Shown one piece after another: positions 59,892-64,000 of a stretch of 64,000 nt of DNA. Under the pieces are notes generated by a model, which saw only the letters and a program-made list of their open reading frames with translations, did not search any database and had not been told where the DNA came from. The stretch comes from Bacteroidota bacterium. GTDB taxonomy: Bacteria; Bacteroidota; Ignavibacteria; 0-14-0-80-59-12. Positions within the stretch are counted from its first letter, which is position 1, and each line of letters starts with the position of its first letter. The stretch covers positions 120,073-184,072 of the forward strand of contig JBMFJZ010000001.1 in assembly GCA_049973045.1 (NCBI GenBank). The letters run 5' to 3'. A program made the position numbers and the translations under genes.

Positions 59892-60764
59892 TCATGTTGG
59901 TGAGAGCAGGATTTTTGGTAATAGCCGGAGCATGTTGAACTTTCGAAGCCGGGGCCGTCGTTCCAGAACGTTATATTCGGAATTTCTTATAAGAAGAAGG
60001 ATTTTTTCTCCACTGTAAAAAATCGCCCTCACGTGAAAGCGCAACAAGCCCTGAATCTTGTGTAGAAGTGGCTTGCCCATTTCGAAGAGGTGTTCTGTTC
60101 GGTGCACTTCAAGAGCAAGCAGATGCTGGAATCGTTCGTTGAACTTTCGTAATCGCAGTTCCTCAAGCCCATACCCGGTCGCTTCCATATCCTCCGCTGG
60201 TAAGTAGATGCGATTGCGCTGCAGATCAACAAAAACATCTTGCCAGAAATTTGTCAGTTGCAGCGCGGTACATATATTATCCGATAGACCATCAAGTTGA
60301 GAATCCTCGTATCCAAAGATGCGGAGAACTATTCTTCCCACGGGATTTGCAGACAGTCGAGAGTAGAGAAGCAGGTCATCGAAGCACCTGGGCTGTTGGT
60401 GTTCAACATCCATGTGGAAGGCTCTGAGCAAGTCTATGAAAAAGGTGGGAGGGATTTTGAATCTCGTTATTGTATCATATAGCGCAATGAAGATAGTCTC
60501 GGAAGGTGGATTCCCATCATACGTAAATTCAAGTTTAGCTCTCAGCTGCTCAAGTCGATGGTGACGGTCTTCTCTCGAGAGGGATCCTTCATCTGCGATG
60601 TCATCTGCGGTGCGGGCAAAGGCGTAAACAGCGGCAAGGGCATCTCGCTGTTCATTCGGAAGCAGCAACGAGATCACCGGGAAATTTTCGTAGTGTCTGC
60701 GTGCAAGCCACCGGCAATACGCATACGCTCCCGAAGCGGTTGACTGTGAAGCGTGGTGTATCAA
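59892..60764 (-). CDS. hpnC: Hydroxysqualene synthase
   Basis: HYENFPV, ADDIADE, SANPVGR, LQLTNFWQD. Confidence 0.93.
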   Translation of the reverse strand: MIHHASQSTASGAYAYCRWLARRHYENFPVISLLLPNEQRDALAAVYAFARTADDIADEGSLSREDRHHRLEQLRAKLEFTYDGNPPSETIFIALYDTITRFKIPPTFFIDLLRAFHMDVEHQQPRCFDDLLLYSRLSANPVGRIVLRIFGYEDSQLDGLSDNICTALQLTNFWQDVFVDLQRNRIYLPAEDMEATGYGLEELRLRKFNERFQHLLALEVHRTEHLFEMGKPLLHKIQGLLRFHVRAIFYSGEKILLLIRNSEYNVLERRPRLRKFNMLRLLPKILLSPT

Positions 60765-60779
60765 TTGACCACTACTTGA

Positions 60780-61955
60780 TTAAGCGCTCAGTTTCTCGAC
60801 TGCTATTCTTATGCGTTGCAGTGCCTCTTTAATATTTTCAACAGAGTTTGCATATGAAAAGCGAATAAATCCGTCGCCGTAAACACCAAACGCTGTTCCC
60901 GAAAGAGCAGCAACCCCCGCCTCATGGAGCAGATAGTCGGCAAGTTCACGCGATGTTTTTCCGGTTCCAGTGATGTTAGGAAACACATAAAATGCGCCAT
61001 GGGGTTTTAAACATCTAAACCCAGGAATGCTATTCAGGCCATCCACGATAACGTTGCGTCGACGGAGAAATTCTTTGACCATTTCTTCGGCAGCGGTCTG
61101 AGGTCCCTGGAGAGCCTCAACGCCCGCCATTTGTGTGAAGCTCGCTGTACATGAATTGCTATTGATTTGAAGCTGTGCGATCCGTTCCGCTAATTCTACT
61201 GGCATTACACCGTAGCCAAGACGCCAGCCAGTCATTGCATATGTCTTTGAAAAGCCATCTAAAATTATTGTTCGCTCCTGCATGCCCGGGATAGAAGCTA
61301 TGCTCTTGTGAGGGTATCCGTCATAGATAATGCGACGATAGATTTCATCCGAAAGAACAATAAGATCATGCTCCTGCGCTAAGCGTGCGATCTCCTGCAA
61401 GTCTTCTTCTGCAAGGACACCTCCTGTTGGATTATGAGGAGAATTTAAAACTATCATTCTTGTCCGTGCTGTGATGAGGTGCCTCAATTCATCGAGATCG
61501 AAACGGAATTCCATTTCCTCCCGCAGAGGAATAGGCACAGCCTTTGCACCGATAAAATTGATGACTGATTCATAGATTGGGAAACCGGGATTAGGATAGA
61601 TGACCTCGTCTCCTTCGTTGATGCATGCAAGGAGAGAAAAGAACATAATTGGTTTTGCCCCCGGGGTGACAACAACGTTTGATGGCTCTACCGGAATTCC
61701 TCTCGTTCGACTTGTTTCTTCAGCGATTGCCTGTCGAAGTTCGGGGAGTCCGGCTGCAGGACCGTAATGTGTGTAACCATTATGCAGTGCTTTCATTGCA
61801 GCATCTTTAATATTCTGCGGTGTATCGAAGTCAGGCTCACCGATTTCAAGGTGGATTATGTTGCGTCCTTTGGCTTCGAGTGCCTTTGCTTTGACGAGCA
61901 CCTCGAAAGCTGTCTCAGTGCCAAGTCGATTCATGCGATCTGCAAGCTGAATCAT
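60780..61955 (-). CDS. Class I/II PLP aminotransferase (aspartate aminotransferase-like)
   Basis: GEPDF, NSPHNPTG, SDEIY, FSKTYAMTGWRLG. Confidence 0.93.
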   Translation of the reverse strand: MIQLADRMNRLGTETAFEVLVKAKALEAKGRNIIHLEIGEPDFDTPQNIKDAAMKALHNGYTHYGPAAGLPELRQAIAEETSRTRGIPVEPSNVVVTPGAKPIMFFSLLACINEGDEVIYPNPGFPIYESVINFIGAKAVPIPLREEMEFRFDLDELRHLITARTRMIVLNSPHNPTGGVLAEEDLQEIARLAQEHDLIVLSDEIYRRIIYDGYPHKSIASIPGMQERTIILDGFSKTYAMTGWRLGYGVMPVELAERIAQLQINSNSCTASFTQMAGVEALQGPQTAAEEMVKEFLRRRNVIVDGLNSIPGFRCLKPHGAFYVFPNITGTGKTSRELADYLLHEAGVAALSGTAFGVYGDGFIRFSYANSVENIKEALQRIRIAVEKLSA

Positions 61956-62002
61956 AAAGCCTCCGAATAGGATTCAGATTAAATATGGTCGCCCTCCACA
62001 TT

Positions 62003-62992
62003 TTATTTCCCGCCATCACGACGTTTCATCACTTTTTTTACTGCAGCTGCAATTTCTTTATGGGTAAGGCCAAATGCGCGCATGAGTTCTTCTGGTTCCC
62101 CAGATTCACCGAATCGGTCATTCACCGCAACAAATTCGATTGGAACAGGGTAGTTTTGGACAACGACCTCTGCAACGGCGCTTCCCATGCCGGCGAAAAT
62201 CTGGTGTTCTTCCGCAGTAACAATGGCACCTGTCTCTTTTGCCGCTCGGATGATTGTTTCTTTGTCAATTGGCTTAATTGTGTGGAGATTGATGACCCGA
62301 GCGTGGATGCCTTCCTTTTCAAGTTCATGTGCGGCAACGAGTCCCTCCCAGACCATCGATCCGCAGGCGATGATAGCAACATCATCACCTTCATGAAAAA
62401 CCTCCGCACGACCGATCTTGAAAGGGGTCTCTTCAGTAGTGAAAAGCGGGACAGCCTCTCGACCAAATCGCAGGTAGACCGGACCGATGATCTCTTCGGC
62501 AGCAGCGATCGTGGCTTTCTTCATCTCCACTGCGTCGCAAGGAACAATGACTGTCATATTTGGCATGACACGCGTAGTTGCAATTTCTTCAAGTGCTTGA
62601 TGTGTTGCCCCATCAGGACCAACGGAAATGCCGGCATGCCCCCCACCAATTTTCACATTTGCTTCGTTATAACACACAGAGACGCGAATTTGATCGAGAT
62701 TTCGTGCTGAAGCAAATGCACCGTAGGTTGACATGAAAGGGATATAGCCTATGAGGGCAAGTCCAACTGCAACTGTTGTTGCATTTTGTTCCGCAATGCC
62801 AAGGCTGAAGAATCGCTCTGGAAACTTATCGCGGAACATCGAGGTCATCACCGAACCTGTAATGTCCGAGCCGAGTACTACGATACGTGGGTCCATCTCT
62901 CCAAGTGCGACAAGCCCTTCACCAAAACCATATCGAGTTGCTTTCTTCTGCGGTGGTGCTGTGACGTCAAACATATGAAAAACTCCTTTCAT
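62003..62992 (-). CDS. Transketolase C-terminal subunit
   Basis: GIAEQN, GPDGATHQ, GPVYLR, TIKPID, AEEH, FGESG. Confidence 0.95.
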   Translation of the reverse strand: MKGVFHMFDVTAPPQKKATRYGFGEGLVALGEMDPRIVVLGSDITGSVMTSMFRDKFPERFFSLGIAEQNATTVAVGLALIGYIPFMSTYGAFASARNLDQIRVSVCYNEANVKIGGGHAGISVGPDGATHQALEEIATTRVMPNMTVIVPCDAVEMKKATIAAAEEIIGPVYLRFGREAVPLFTTEETPFKIGRAEVFHEGDDVAIIACGSMVWEGLVAAHELEKEGIHARVINLHTIKPIDKETIIRAAKETGAIVTAEEHQIFAGMGSAVAEVVVQNYPVPIEFVAVNDRFGESGEPEELMRAFGLTHKEIAAAVKKVMKRRDGGK

Positions 62993-63822
62993 TGAAGTTC
63001 AGCGAGCGCTCGTTCGCCCTGTTCTTTCGTAGGGGGTTTGCCGTGCCAGGAGCAGTCGTTTTCCATAAAGGAGACCCCTTTCCCCATAATGGTTCGCGCA
63101 ATGATCGCGGTTGGTTTCCCTTTGGTTTCTCGTGCCTCTGCAAATGCGGCAAGGAGCGATTCCATGTCATGACCATTTGCGTTGACAACGTGCCACCGGA
63201 ATGCACGTAGTTTCTCATCAAGTGGATCGATGCCCATTACCTGTTCAGTGACACCATCAATCTGGCAGTAATTTCGATCGACGATCATTGTGAGATTATC
63301 AAGTTTGTAGTGTCCTGCTGCCATGATAGCCTCCCAGATCGAACCCTCCTGAAGCTCACCATCTCCGTTAAAAGAGTAAACGCGCCAATTTGCTTTCGAA
63401 AGGTATTTTCCGCCGAGAGCCATACCAACTGCGATGGAAAGCCCCTGTCCAAGAGATCCACTTGAGGTTTCGATCCCAGGCAAGCCTTTATCTCGACCCG
63501 GATGGCCTTGCAGACGTGAGCCGAGCTTTCTGAGAGTCATAAGTTCCTCTTTCGGGAAGAATCCTGCCTCTGCCAGGGTTGCATAAAGTACAGGGCACAT
63601 ATGCCCCGCCGAAAGAACGAGCCGATCACGATCTTGCCACCAAGGATCATCCGGTCGATAGCGAAGAACGCCGCCGAAATAGAGGACAGTGAAAATATCA
63701 GCGGCGCCGAGAGGTCCACCAGAATGACCCGACTTTGCTTCGACAAGCATGCGAATGATATCTCGTCGGATTTCTTTTGCCATTTCGCGAAGTTGAGTAA
63801 TCGAGAGTTTTCGTGGTTCCAT
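62989..63822 (-). CDS. Transketolase N-terminal (ThDP-binding) subunit
   Basis: SGH.GG, LSAGH, LQGHP, GSLGQG, GDGE, WHG. Confidence 0.95.
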   Translation of the reverse strand: MEPRKLSITQLREMAKEIRRDIIRMLVEAKSGHSGGPLGAADIFTVLYFGGVLRYRPDDPWWQDRDRLVLSAGHMCPVLYATLAEAGFFPKEELMTLRKLGSRLQGHPGRDKGLPGIETSSGSLGQGLSIAVGMALGGKYLSKANWRVYSFNGDGELQEGSIWEAIMAAGHYKLDNLTMIVDRNYCQIDGVTEQVMGIDPLDEKLRAFRWHVVNANGHDMESLLAAFAEARETKGKPTAIIARTIMGKGVSFMENDCSWHGKPPTKEQGERALAELQ

Positions 63823-64000
63823 AGGCGTTATCTTTCATGAGTCAGAATTTGTTCCGGATTAAATAACAATGGTTGAGGATAGTGCTGTGAAGAACTGCGC
63901 TGCCACAATAAAGCAAGTATCTGTGTGATAGCTGCCGTTGGTTCAGTATGTGGATTTATATTAAGACACCGTGACGTCATACATTGGAGAGCACGTTTGT

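Noticed and set aside
61985-62710. Long antisense ORFs (this 241-aa one, 2548..3174, 30321..30905 and similar)
   Set aside because: Shadows of well-supported genes on the opposite strand, with no motifs of their own.

Overview
This is mostly core chromosome of a bacterium of moderate GC content. Gene content and order (rng-tal-gcvT-comB-ftsK-lolA, OM beta-barrels, Bacteroidota-type ETF/acyl-CoA dehydrogenase) and canonical TTG-N17-TATATT promoters suggest an Ignavibacteria/Kryptonia-like FCB lineage; this is inference only. In order the window holds: a 168-bp direct repeat around a TolB-like lipoprotein and an apparently truncated Cys-rich protein; glmS; a tightly coupled arcE-like/OTC/carbamate kinase/ATCase-like operon; SDR-etfB-etfA-acyl-CoA dehydrogenase; tRNA-Phe; a group 3b [NiFe]-hydrogenase operon with an embedded cNMP-binding protein and hypFCDE; decayed restriction-modification debris; a long housekeeping run; polX, a ThaI-family R-M cassette and nth; tRNA-Val with a partial tRNA copy; an SppA with a long N-terminal extension; tRNA-Gly; a GT-C transferase; hpnCDE; an aminotransferase; and a split transketolase. 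The best novelty candidate is the arginine-synthetase-type operon, whose plant-type ATCase homologue has Ala and Glu at the aspartate-binding positions Lys84 and Gln231, suggesting an undescribed transcarbamylase coupled to carbamate kinase. The second is a partial tRNA-Val copy whose anticodon arm is replaced by a 17-nt palindrome that recurs at the edge of the decayed R-M patch. All calls come from reading motifs by eye; no searches were run.
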